Shown piece after piece: positions 1 to 15,618 of a stretch of 64,000 nucleotides of DNA; position 1 is the stretch's first letter, and each line of letters starts with the position of its first letter. Position numbers and translations under genes: made by a program. The stretch is from the human T2T-CHM13v2.0 reference genome, Homo sapiens. The stretch is from the NCBI RefSeq assembly GCF_009914755.1, contig NC_060937.1, one strand, 5' to 3'. The notes below the pieces were generated by a model. The model saw only the letters and a program-made list of their open reading frames with translations, searched no databases and had not been told where the DNA came from.

Positions 1-287
1 TGAGACGGAGTCTTGCTCTGTCACCCAGGGTGGAGTGCAGTGGCGCGGTCTCGGTTCACTGCAAGCTCGCCTCCCGGTTCACGCCGTTCTCCTGCCTCAG
101 CCTCCCGAGTAGCTGGGACTACAGGCACCTGCCACCACGCCCAGCTACTTTTTTTTTTTTTTTATTTTTAGTGGAGACAGGGTTTCACCATGTTAGCCAG
201 GATGGTCTTGATCTCCTGACCTCGTGATCCGCCCGCCTCCGCCTCCCAAAGTGCTGGGATTACAGGCGTGAGTCACCATGCCTGGCC
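1..287 (-). mobile_element. AluY-like SINE; poly-A end lies outside the window
   Basis: Antisense Alu dimer ending ...CATGCCTGGCC at 287, with Y-type diagnostics CAAGCTC, CACGCC(G/A)TTCTC and TTAGCCAGGATGGTCT.GATCTCCTGACCTCGTGATCC. Confidence 0.95.
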
Positions 288-318
288 TATTCTTGTTTAT
301 ACTTATAATTTTTTAAAG

Positions 319-377
319 ACATTGAACAAATTCAGATTAGTAATGAGCTCACAAAAGGACTGGAAGACCTGAAAAGA
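319..377 (+). CDS. Penultimate coding exon of an unidentified gene (xIEQIQISNELTKGLEDLKR)
   Basis: Acceptor TTTTTTAAAG| at 318 and strong donor |GTAAGT at 378. Only one of the three frames is open; it ends in phase 0 and joins cleanly to the exon at 2063. Confidence 0.7.
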
Positions 378-2062
378 GTAAGTGAAAGAACAGAGTAAGT
401 GAAAATAAGGTACTAGTCAAGCCCTCAAAGTACAGATATTCAATGGGGACGTACTTTCTGTTCTTCTGAACTCCAAGCACATGGCAAAATTAGCAAAACA
501 TAGAGAAGAAAAAATTCTGTTTTAATTTTCTTCCTCCAGTAAACACTTTATTTCAGTTTTTCTCAAATTGGGTCTGCAGATATATTTTGAAGCTTTGTGA
601 TTTTTTTTCTTTAAAAGTTGTTCCCCAATTACTCACATTTAGAAACATTGCTTTACTAAAATCTTAAAATATGAAATATTTCAAATCTCAGAAAATAATG
701 CAACAGATATCAAGAGAGCCCATCAATCAAATTGGGAGGATTTACTGTATTGTTTCTGATCTCCAATTTTTTAATGGAATACAAAACTTACGTATGTAAT
801 TAAAGCCACTCTGCAGGCTTCCTTTCTCTCTTCTTCCCACTTTAGATGTAGCTGCTAACTTGTTGAATTCACTTTGTGGCTTCATAGACTTTTTTTCTAT
901 GGTGGCATTTCATTAAGTTGTATCAAGCATTCACTTTTTTTCACTGCAAAAACGGATTAAACGCCTACTGTTCATCTATCTATTTTGGATACAAATGTGA
1001 AAGGTATTTAAGGAACAGAACAAAAGCACAGAAACGAGATTAGTGACTAAGAGATTAATTAATTGTACATTCAACAGATTTACCAAATACCCATAAAGTG
1101 CTAGTTCACAGTTTTTCAATAATGAGTGGTAAAGAACGGGTGATGGGTTGAGCAACTCTGATTCATCTAATACTAACACAGTTTTGATATTATTATCCAA
1201 ATCATAGATTAATTGAGAGCTGGGACTGAGAATTCTGGCTCCCTAGATTTGGCTGATGATCCTTGGCATGGCCTCGAAGAAGTCAGCAGCACTGGCTCTA
1301 CAGCTATCATTGGTGAAATATGGAGGCAATAAAACATTTTCTTCACACAGAGGCATTATTAGTATAAATAAGTTCACGTCCTTGAAACCTCTGAATGAAA
1401 GCTCATTATATTCCAGGCTAAAGATGGAATAGAGACTATTGTTGTTAAATAGAGATGAACAAAGAACATATTATTAATTGGGGAACTTGTGTGTTGAAAA
1501 TTGGGGAGGATAATCATTCATTAGTTTAAATGAGGCTTTACATATTAATTGTAACCAATATATATTAGGTAAAATATTGAGAGAGACTGAAAAGGCCACA
1601 TATACATGCTAATGTAGGTTTGGGTTTTTAAGCACTGGGGTTTTAGTGTCTCAGTTTAGTGAAATGCCCTAAGAGCCAGAAGATTTTGAAGGCTGAATGA
1701 AAACAAGAAGTGATTGTAGTTATCAATATGAGAAACAACATCACTCCATTAATGAATGTTCAAATTGTTTCATCTTTATTGACCTCACCTTTCTAAAGTA
1801 GATAATCCTTAAGATCCTTTCTGGTACTCTAGCTTTCTTCTTTCTGAGCAAGTTATTCCTTTGCATCTATAGTCATGATAAATGTATTTGTTCAAAACAG
1901 TGTCATCAGACTTACATTGTGACCAAATGTTGGATTGAAAACAAATTTGTTGCCTTTATTTAATATTTTGATGACATAGAAGAGATTTAAAAACTATTAT
2001 TTATGCTATTTGAGACTTAATTGCAACTTAGAATATAGAGTTAACTCTTTTTCTTTTCGTAG

Positions 2063-2098
2063 CAAGAACTTTTTGGCAGAAAGATTTCGTTTCAGTGA
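2063..2098 (+). CDS. Coding part of the terminal exon of the same gene (QELFGRKISFQ*); alternative frame DKNFLAERFRFSDRHNIET* ends at 2120
   Basis: Branch-like TTAAC (2041), pyrimidine tract TCTTTTTCTTTTCGT, AG at 2061-2062 and TGA at 2096-2098, followed by repeat-free AT-rich UTR-like sequence. Confidence 0.65.
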   Translation, partial: QELFGRKISFQ

Positions 2099-2771
2099 CA
2101 GACACAACATAGAAACATAAAATATGATTGTACACCTTTAATCTCATCACCAGGCAGCTGAGCTATTGGTCATGATCTGGCTTCCAAGTTGCAATCTGTG
2201 GCTCACAGCTTCCCTGAAATGGGCCAGAAAAGCAGGTTTATTGTGTTTCTACAGTTACATAGAAGTAGAAATGCTCCTTGGACCTCTGACTGCAATATGA
2301 CAGACTAGGTTAAAATACAGAAATGTATTAAAGAGACATGTATTCACAGTTCAGTTTTTTAAAGATTCATACCCTCAGTATATTCCTTTTTGGTACTCCT
2401 GTAACATACTTGACCAGATGCCACTGTCAAGCCTTTTTGTACATTGGTTGCCCAAATTAGTTTTAAGCAAGATGATTTTTTACATCAGTTAAGATAATAC
2501 TAATCTTTTCATTAGTTTAACTTTGAAATGATGTTTAAGAACATAATACTTAAACACAATGATTTTCCTATTTTGCCAGCAATAGCTCCAACATGCAAAT
2601 ACATGTGGACATTTCTTGAAAGAAATGTTCAGGATTATAAACATCGTTGCCGAAGTTCTCAGAATTACAAATTTATAATTCAGAACAAATTTTCAAGTTG
2701 AAAAAATAGAAAACTCAATGATTATATCATCTAGGTCTATGGATGAAATCTGTTAGCAATGTGGAGGTGGT

Positions 2772-2825
2772 AATAAAAATGGTCTTTAATTAAAGATAAG
2801 TATTTGTACATGTGATTTTTCTGGA
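2772..2825 (+). terminator. Candidate polyadenylation signal of the upstream gene
   Basis: AATAAA at 2772-2777 and ATTAAA at ~2789, followed by a GT/T-rich tract (GTATTTGTACATGTGATTTTTCT). Further AATAAA copies near 5845-5865 are alternatives. Confidence 0.3.
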
Positions 2826-2879
2826 CAGAAATAACTGTTTATTATATTCTAAAACCCATGAAGGCAGCAGCATAAAGAA

Positions 2880-3065
2880 AACTACTTTGGGCAAGTTATT
2901 TAATCTTTCATACTTTATTTCTTCATTTGTAAAACAAGGGTAATACCAGTCCTTACATCATAGATTTATTGAGGGCATTGAATGACATAATATGCAAAAA
3001 GCACCTGAAACAGTCCTCACACATACTAAGCATTCAATAATTGTTACCTGTTATTATTTTTAATA
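2880..3065 (+). mobile_element. MIR SINE
   Basis: MIR core: CTTTGGGCAAGTTATTTAATCT...TTTCTTCATTTGTAAAA...GGGTAATA...AAGCATTCAATAA. Confidence 0.8.
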
Positions 3066-3470
3066 TTATTATTATTAGGAGTGATAATGCAAAACATTGA
3101 TAAGAGAAAGGCAATTCAGGGTGTTCTTGTCTATTTTAAAGCCTTCATGTCTTAATTTAGAAACTTTTTCACTTTTAGTTAGGATATTAGGTCTAAAACA
3201 CTTAATCTGACTTTTCTGTTAGAAAGGTATGATTATATATGTCAAAGAGGAGAATTATTTCAAAGTTTAATTACAGTTTGGATGAAGAAGTTGAGTGATT
3301 GTCTTTTGGAATTGGAATTTCTTTCTAAATTCCTACACTTTAAAAACTGAAGTGTTAACCTCACTATTGTAGCACACACAGGTTCAGCAGAGTCTTGTAA
3401 TGGAATCCTCATTTCATTGCTTTGGAAGGGGTCCTATGAAGATAATTTGTCTGATGGTGAAGATAATCTT

Positions 3471-3890
3471 TGTGGCAGGGTCCCAGGAAGAAATGGATGG
3501 GACACTCCTACTGGGTAATTTGAGCAGACATACTGGGACCACAGTACAGACGAAGGTGCCAGGAAGTAGTCTACCAATGGTACCCCGGAGCTAGCACCAT
3601 CCTGAGCTTTTACCACACACACCTGAAGGGAGCCAGCGGTTATGATCCTGGAGACAGAGAGGGTAACTGCAGAGAGCGCTGCCTCACAGCACTGAAGGGC
3701 AGCCTGCCTGTGGTGACCCTGTAGGGAGGGAGCTGGGGGAATAACCACCAGAACTTTACTGTCCCCGGCCGAACCCAACCAGAAGCCAGGGGTCATGGGG
3801 CCTGTTGGTATCTTTCACTTCCTATCCAACTTTCCGGTGTTGATTGCACATAAAAAAGCGTGGTGTGTGGATCTGTAGGGAAAATGGTGG
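3471..3890 (-). mobile_element. Old ERVL/MaLR-class LTR (LTR40/41-like, subfamily uncertain)
   Basis: CAGGGTCCCAGGAAGAAATGGATGGGACACTC..CTGGGTAATTTGAG start and CCGAACCCAACCAGAAGCCAG...GTGGATCTG end; similar to the element at 40637-41075. Confidence 0.5.
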
Positions 3891-3919
3891 GGGAGGAGTG
3901 TGGGGGGAGAACAAAATAA

Positions 3920-4318
<399 letters not shown>

Positions 4319-6955
4319 TAGAGAAATAGGATTGCTCCTAAAGAGTTTAAATTATGTAAGCAGGGATCCCATTTAACATCATACTTTTCTGAGATAGATG
4401 CCTGTCAGGTGAAAGTTACTCTGAAGGTAGCATTATTTAAGATGTTCATATACCCAAAGAACAAGGATGTGGGTCAGAAAGAAGCTGTTGAAGCTACTAC
4501 ATGCTAATTAAATTAATGATTTTCTTTCCAAATTCCCGTTGAATCTCCATTCTTACTTAGCTGTGAATCACAACAAGTATCAGACAAATGACCCATTCCA
4601 AATACCAACATTGGTGGATTAGAGTATACTTAGTTTCACTTAAGAATTATGGGATTTTTAGTCATTTTATGATAATATTATTATGGTCACATATCATTTT
4701 GAAAAATATAGTTCATTAGGAATATAAACAATCTAATGGATATTTGGTTGCTTAATAACAATCATTTTAAGTATATCATATAAATGAACATGGCTAACAT
4801 TTAATATTTTTCAGAGGGGATGATATAGATTCTGCCTTTATTTTGCCTCTGTAGTAAAATTATTGTTAAAGTAATTAAAGATATATTGTTCTACATGTGT
4901 ATGCCTTTGGACAGTAATTATCAGCCTCTTTTATCTTATGTTTCACTAGTAATTATATCCCATGTAGTAATTATTAATTACCATATAATAATTATATAGT
5001 AATTAAAACCTATATCCTGTAGGTTTTAACAAATAAGAAATGTAAAACCATACACTTTCAGGAAAGGTCATATTTCATAAATATTCTGTTATTATGTTTA
5101 TCATTTACTGTAAGTGTTAAGCCTGTGAAACATTGTAGTAGAAATTGCTAAGGTTAAAACAAGCCAAAACTATTCTTTTAGTAATTTAATTAAAAATTTC
5201 ATTGTATGGTCAACTATAAATTTTACTACTTTAGTAACAGAAAACATAAAGATGCTCAACAAAAAATATTGCTGTCATCAGGTTTATGTAAAATTCTACA
5301 ACTTCAGATGGACAAAGCAGAAAAAAGGTGGTGGCATTCAGAGGGCAGGTGATATGGAGATGAAACCTGAATGTAAAAGATACATCAAGGACACAGCTGG
5401 TCAAATGAATGGAGAAGGAACAGAAGTCGAATGGATATCCACAGGAAGCAGGGCCACTGGGGAGCCGGACAAGAAAAAGTCTTTTTGTGCCCATGGGAAA
5501 CAAAGATTAGAATAAATTTTGTCCAAGCTGACAATGAGTACATCGGAAGGCATAGATTCCCAGAAGCCAGAGCAGGGTCAGAAGGACATGCCACACACCT
5601 GATGGCCAGCCAGTTATCAAAGTTGTAATGCTAATTTTGTCTCATGTGGGCTCTAGTAGGTGAGAGGACTTCTGGCCCTGTCATGGTACTGGGATCCTGT
5701 GGCAGCAGGATGCCCTAATATATGTTGTGGCATATTAAAAAAAAAATTGTCAGGTATTCACAATGCTTTCAGTTATATCTCAGAAGTAAAATTTGTTTTA
5801 TTTTCTAATATAAAATAATTGAAATACTTATTGTAATGTAAAATAATAAAATAATGTAAAATAAAATAAGTGAAATAATACTTTCACGTCATACATTAGG
5901 AAGTATGATGTACTCATTAGGATCTGTGAGTGCATAGCAAAGAATGCCACTTAAATAAACACTGGCTAATGCTTCCAGCACAGCCCTGGGGACTCGACTG
6001 GAGTTCCCAAGTCTGGCTTGATGGCAGCAGCTGTTAAAATTGCCCAACTTGCTCTCCTTGCTTGACTTTCATCTCCTCAAACTTCTTTCTGATAATAATT
6101 TGGCTTTCCTTGTAGATTTGTCTACAGGGTAGCAAACGAACAAACAAGAGGATTCAGTCTGCTGTTTTCTACATCTTTCATTGTAAACAAATACATTGCC
6201 ATCCTGGTTATTATGCATCAATAATTGAGGGTCCAATTAACATGAGTTCTCCAAGGAGAGAAGCGTCTGCTCCTCATGTTCTGATTGATTGGGTTGCAGG
6301 GCTCTGGACTAGACCTCGAATAGTGATGAGTTCATAGGGGACATCACTTGGTATTCTTTGCTACGTTTGGTTTTTCTCTCAAAGCGTAACAGGAAGTCTG
6401 ATAAGACTAACTTTTACACACAATAATCTTTTGGGTACATTATTGATATACTTGGTACAATTAAACTGACTGACTTACCTGTGTCTTGATCCACCATAAA
6501 TTCTGGAAACTGTCCTGTTTCAGATATTGCCCATCATAAAACTGTCTTACAAATCAATTAACTGAAAGAACAAGGACCAAATTTGAAAAGGATAAAGTCT
6601 TCCCTTTTGTTTTCTTTTTGGGCAAAGTTGATACTATAAGAAATTACATATGTCTTAACCCAAATACAAAAGTAAAAGTAGAAGAGTGAATTCTGGAAAA
6701 CACTAGGATAATGAGAAAATATATATATATATTTTTCCCAGTTTTTTTAAAATTATACTTTAAGTTCTAGGGTACATGTGCACAACGTGCAGGTTTGTTA
6801 CATATGTATACATGTGCCATGTTGGTGTGCTGCACCCATTAACTCATCATTTACATTAGGTATATCTCCTAATGCTATCCCTTCCCACTCCACCCACCCC
6901 ACAACAGGCCCCGGTGTGTGATGTTCCCCACCCCGTGTCCAAGTATTCTCATTGT

Positions 6956-10784
<3,829 letters not shown>

Positions 10785-10847
10785 TATGATGTTAGCTGTT
10801 TATTTTGCTCGTTAGTTCATGTAGTTTCTTCCTAGCATTGATGTTCT

Positions 10848-11874
10848 TTACAATTTGGCATGTTTTTGCAGTGGCTGGTACTGGTTGTTCCTTTCCATGT
10901 TTAGTGCTTCTTTCAGGAGCTCTTGTAAGGCAGGCCTGGTGGTGACAAAATCTCTCAGCATTTGTTTGTCTGTAAAGGATTTTATTTCTCCTTCACTTAT
11001 GAAGCTTAGTTTGGCTGGGTATGAAATTCTGGGTTGAAAATTCTTTTCTTTAAGAATGTCGAATATTGGCCCCCACTCTCTTCTGGCTTGTAGAGTTTCT
11101 CCCGAGAGATCCACTGTTAGTCTGATGGGCTTCCCTTTGTGGGTCACCAGACCTTTCTCTCTGGCTGCCCTTAACAGTTTTTCCTTCATTTCAACTTTGG
11201 TGAATCTGACAATTATGTGTCTTGGAGTTGCTCTTCTCGAGGAGTATCTTTGGGGCGTTCTCTGTATTTCCTGAATTTGAATGTTGGCCTGCCTTGCTAG
11301 GTTGGGGAAATTCTCCTGGATACTATCCTGAAGAATGTTTTCCAACTTGGTTCCATTCTCCCCATCACTTTCAGGTACACTAATCAGATGTAGATTTGGT
11401 CTTTTCACATAGTCCCATATTTCTTGGAGGCTTTGTTCATTTCTTTTTACTCTTTTTTTCTCTAAACTTCTCTTCTGGCTTCATTTCATTCATTTGATCT
11501 TCAATCACTGATACCCTTTCTGCCACTTGATGGAATCGGCTACTGAAGCTTGTGCATGCGTCACGTAGTTCTTGTGCCATGGTTTTCAGATCCATCAGGT
11601 CATTTAAGGTCCTCTCTATGCTGTTTATTCTAGTTAGCCATTGGTCTAATCTTTTTCCAAGGTTTTTAGCTTCCTTGCAATGGGTTTGAACATCCTCCTT
11701 TAGCTTGGAGAAGTTTGTTATTACCGATTGTGTGAAGCCGTCTTATCTCAACTCGTCAAAGTCATTCTCTGTCCAGCTTTGTTCCATTGCTGGCAAGGAG
11801 CTGCGTTCCTTTGGAGGAGAAGAGGCACTCTGATTTTTATAATTTTCAGCTTTTCTGCTCTGGTTTCTCCCCAT
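10848..11874 (-). pseudogene. L1 ORF1 (RNA-binding p40), disrupted
   Basis: ATG at 11874 and premature TAA at ~11743-11745. The C-terminal 186 aa (RPNL..., ARREW, YPAKLS) are open in the ORF track. Confidence 0.95.
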
Positions 11875-12439
11875 CTTTGTGGTTTTATCTACCTTTGGTC
11901 TTTGATGATGCTGATGTACAGATGGGGTTTTGGTGTGGATGTCCTTTCTGTTTGTTAGTTTTCCTTCTAACAGTCAGGACCCTCAGCTGCAGGTCTGTTG
12001 GAGTTTGCTGGAGTCCACTCCAGACCCTGTTTGCCTGGGTATCACCAGCCGAGTCTGCAGAGCAGCAAATATTGCAGAATGGCAAATGTTGCTGTCTGAT
12101 CCTTCCTTTGGAAGCTTCGTCTCTGAGGGGCACCTGGATGTATGAGGTGTCCAGTAGGGAGGTGTCTCCCAGTTAGGCTACTCGGGGGTCAGGGACTCAC
12201 TTTAGGAGGCAGTCTGTCCGTTCTTAGAACTCAAACTCTGTGCTGGGAGCACCACTACTCTCTTCAAAGCTGTCAGACAGGGACGTTTAAGTCTGCAGAA
12301 GTTTCTGCTGCCTTTTGTTCAGCTATGCCCTGCCCACAGAGGTGGAGTCTACAGAGGCAAGCAGGCCTCCTTGAGCTGGGGTGGTCTCCACCCTGTTCAA
12401 GCTTCCTGGCCACTTTGTTTACCTACTCAAGACTCAGCA

Positions 12440-12685
12440 ATGGCGGACCCGCCTCCCCAAGCCTCGCTGCTGCCTTGCAGTTCAATCTCAGACTGCTGTG
12501 CTAGCAGTGAGTGAGGCTCTGTGGGCATGGGACCATCTGAGCCAGGCATGGGATATAATCTCCTGGTGTGGTGTTTGCTGAGACCATTGGAAAAATGCAG
12601 TATTAGGGTGGGAATGTCCCAATTTTCCAGATACCATCTGTCACGGCTTCCCTTGGCTAGGAAAGGGAATTCCCCGACCCCTTGA
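12440..12685 (+). pseudogene. L1 ORF0 relic in the antisense 5'UTR
   Basis: MADPPPQASLLPCSSISDCCASSE* resembles primate ORF0 (MAGAPPPASLPPCSLISDCCASN...). Stop TGA at 12512-12514, with homology continuing beyond it. Confidence 0.75.
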
Positions 12686-13513
12686 GCTTCCCGGGTGAGG
12701 CAATGCCCCGCTCTGCTTTGGCTCACACTCCGTGGGCTGCACCCACTGTCTGAGAAGCCCCAGTGAGATGAACCCAGTACCTCAGCTGGAAATGCAGAAA
12801 TCACCTGTCTTCTGCATTGCTCATGCTGGGAGCTGTAGACTGGAGCTGTTCTTATTCGGCCATCTTGGGACCTCCCCTTTTTGAGAAAATATTGAGTAAA
12901 GAGGCAATGATAGAAATGGAAAGCTGAAGCTTTGTTATCCCTCTGCCTGAGTGAAGTTTTGTCCCTCAGATCAAGAAGTTGAACCATGCATTATATTTGC
13001 AAGTCAAAGCCTGATAAACTGAATGCCTTAGAAATTCTGGGGAGATACAAGTAAAGCATTCAAACTTGCTTATCTTCTACTTATTTACAGTTTATGTATG
13101 TCCTAAAAGGATTGTATGGTAATTTACAATATCATATAGTGTGCATAAAATAAAAGATAAATCCAGTTATATAAGTGTGAATTGCTGAACTACTTGAATG
13201 AAAGAAATCTTAGTTTTTCTTTTTCCAAATAGCAAGTAAAATCTGTCTTTGAGCAAGATTTTGTAAGACATACAAAATCAAATATTAATTTGTGTATTTT
13301 CCTTACCTCTGTTAGCTTATAGAACTCTGTTCCAGCAACACAGGAAAGAGTCTGGTTCCCAGTTGATGGACTGTGTTACTCTATGATTAGCTTCAGAAAT
13401 AATCCAACCTGTCTCGTGGGCTCTGATGTTTAATGAGGATTGCAGAGATACCCCTACAACAGCTTGTTCTTTTATGCCAGGCTTTACCATGTAGACACTG
13501 CTATTTTTCAGGA

Positions 13514-14174
13514 TGAGAACAAAAAAAATTCTCAGTCCCCCTACAGACTGAACAGTCCCCCTCTTGGCCAAGAAGACCCCAGGGAAACCTTGGAAGCTGA
13601 GTTCCCAGCCACGGTGGGATGGGAGGTTGAACATGCCTCCTTAAACTCCCTCGTTGGCTAACCACTATTAGACTTCCTTCCCTAAGGGTTTAACAGAAAC
13701 CAGCCCTTTGGGAAGACTCAAGCTGATACCCACCAGCTGCCTAATGCTGCCCCTCCACTTTGTGGTTTTGACAACACAACAACCAGCCAGCATTCCTTCC
13801 TGATAAGTGATCTCCAACCCCAGATTAGTTCTGTCTAGTCTATGGAGGAGGCACAGTGATGATTATCGTGTTCTCTGCTTCACTTTTTAATGTCAAATGG
13901 CCAGAAACTCCACCCTTAGATCATGCTAATGCTGCCATTTTTTGCACATGTGACTCATGAAGGGGCGTGAAGCTCAATTGCACATGTGCATGTTTTAGCC
14001 ACTCTGTTCCTGTTCCCTTTGCCCCCGCCTTCCAGATGTCTGTCTGTTTCTGGCTTCTGCCAGAAGCTACGCTTTCCCAGCCTGTTAGAATGGCCACCTG
14101 TCAGGCTGCAACCCTTTATGAGTAATAAAGCTCTCCTTTCCAAATCTATGAGCCTGGTCATTCTTCAGTTGACA
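13514..14174 (+). mobile_element. Solo ERV1 LTR, MER4 group (MER72-like)
   Basis: TG...CA termini (TGAGAAC...TTGACA), CCCCCTCTTGGCCAAG..GACCCCAG motif, AATAAA at ~14124, GGA on both flanks as partial TSD. Confidence 0.75.
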
Positions 14175-14661
14175 GGACCAAGGCACTTGGTATGCATACA
14201 GTCACCTTTATCTGAGGACCTACCACCTTTGGGGTGCTATGCAGGAGGGGTTACTGGAGTCTACAGGTGTTTACCGGTGTCTACTACCCATAGTCCCCTC
14301 TCTTGTCTCCCAGTTCTGAGGGCTTGGAAATGCAATACCACTTACTCTGTCTTTTCTCCTTATCGGTCAAAGCACAAGTCTCCAGTCCAGATGCTCATCT
14401 ACTTTTTTGCCTTTTTCAAAAGTGCTGAGCATTTCCAAACACAGCTTTGGGGCAGCACAGCAGTGGGGTGGGTGGGTTATTTAGAGCTTTAGTCCTTGAA
14501 ATACAAAAATAATTGCAAACTCCCCTAAAGACAGTAAACTTTGGAACTCAAATCCTAAGGCTTTGCTAGCCTTTCTATAAGGAAAGAAAAAGGGAAAATT
14601 ACTTTTTTCCTTCTTTTTAAAAACAGTATCTACAAAAGCAACACAATGAAGACCCCAAGTC

Positions 14662-14745
14662 ATTGTTTGTTTTTACATAATAATGCAAGAATAAAATGAC
14701 AAGATTGTTTGTTTTTACATAATAATGCAAGAATAAAATGACAAG
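14662..14745. repeat. Perfect 42-bp tandem duplication
   Basis: ATTGTTTGTTTTTACATAATAATGCAAGAATAAAATGACAAG at 14662-14703 and 14704-14745, identical. Confidence 0.97.
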
Positions 14746-15178
14746 ACCAAGAAGGTAAAAGAGGAGGGATATAAAATGGTTATATCAGAAACCTGAGTAA
14801 AAAATAAGTTTTTTTGTTTTGTTTTGTTTGTTTTTTTACTATAATACAGACTTCTAACAGCTCAGTAGCTAAAATGATGAAGGAAACACAGTGGGTTGCC
14901 TAGCTGTTGCCTAAAAATAGTAGGTGAACACTTATCTGTATTGTATTGATAAAGTGCGTTTGTTAACTAAGCATTTTCAGTGTAAGCTTTAATAGAACGT
15001 AGAATACTGCAGAAGTTGGCTAAAGCACCGCAGCTGATTTGCAAGTAGGATGAAGATTTCCACCACCTCTAACTCAGGGCTAAATTGGTTCTTAAAAAGT
15101 GGCATTCAATTAGGCTTTGTACCTGGGAGTTGCCTGTAGTGGTTTTGAGAAATCATTCATTTTTAATGAATTTTTCCA

Positions 15179-15618
15179 CCTCAGGGGTCACCCTCACATT
15201 GACAACCCCTGGGAAGCATGAGAGGTGCCTCCCTCTCTGTTGGGTCCCCCTAGCAGCCACCTGGCAGCTGGTGCATGCTCCCACTGTGGCATTCTGCAGG
15301 TGCAGCGACCCCAGCACCACACCGCTGGGGAGGTCAGCTTCACAGTCCAGCTGCAGCAGCAAGTCATCCAGGTGGGGGTCAGCCATTCTCACGGATGGTC
15401 CGTATGGAACACATCTGCTGGAATCTCTCCCCCCACCTCAGGTCGTGGGCCCCCAGCATCACGGAGGACATTTCTCCTGCTGTGGAAGCAGCTGGCCCAC
15501 AGTCAGCTGGAAGTCAGGACGGACCAGGGCACCCCCACAGAAGTGAATTTCCTGATCCTGAATCAAGATCACGATCCCCTGATCCTGAATCAAGGTCAGA
15601 ATCCTGGGGCCCAGCCTC
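15179..15618 (-). pseudogene. Processed azurocidin-1 (AZU1/CAP37/HBP) pseudogene fragment
   Basis: The minus strand reads, across frameshifts, IQDQEIHFCGGALVRPDFQLTV/ASCFHS../SVMLGAHDLRWGERFQQMCSIRTIRENG/DPHLDDLLLQLDCEADLPSGVVLGSLHLQNATVGACTSCQVAARGTQQRGRHLSCFPGVVNVRVTPE. This is collinear with human AZU1 (IQNQGRHFCGGALIHARFVMTAASCFQS...LQNATVEAGTRCQVAGWGSQRSGGRLSRFPRFVNVTVTPE), with no introns at the exon 2/3 and 3/4 junctions. Whether it is the locus named AZU1P1 was not verified. Confidence 0.92.

Noticed and set aside
3400-3796. ORFs 3400-3594 (+) and 3434-3796 (-) as genes
   Set aside because: They overlap an old LTR-like relic and show no recognisable protein similarity or splice support.
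12427-12987. 186-aa minus-strand ORF and the overlapping ORFs at 11.7-12.6 kb
   Set aside because: Chance open frames in the GC-rich L1 5'UTR.
13986-14492. 168-aa + strand ORF
   Set aside because: Starts inside an LTR, has no domain-like features and no exon signals.
15250-15270. CTCF-like GCTGCCAGGTGGCTGC
   Set aside because: Only a partial match and fully explained by AZU1 codons (CQVA).
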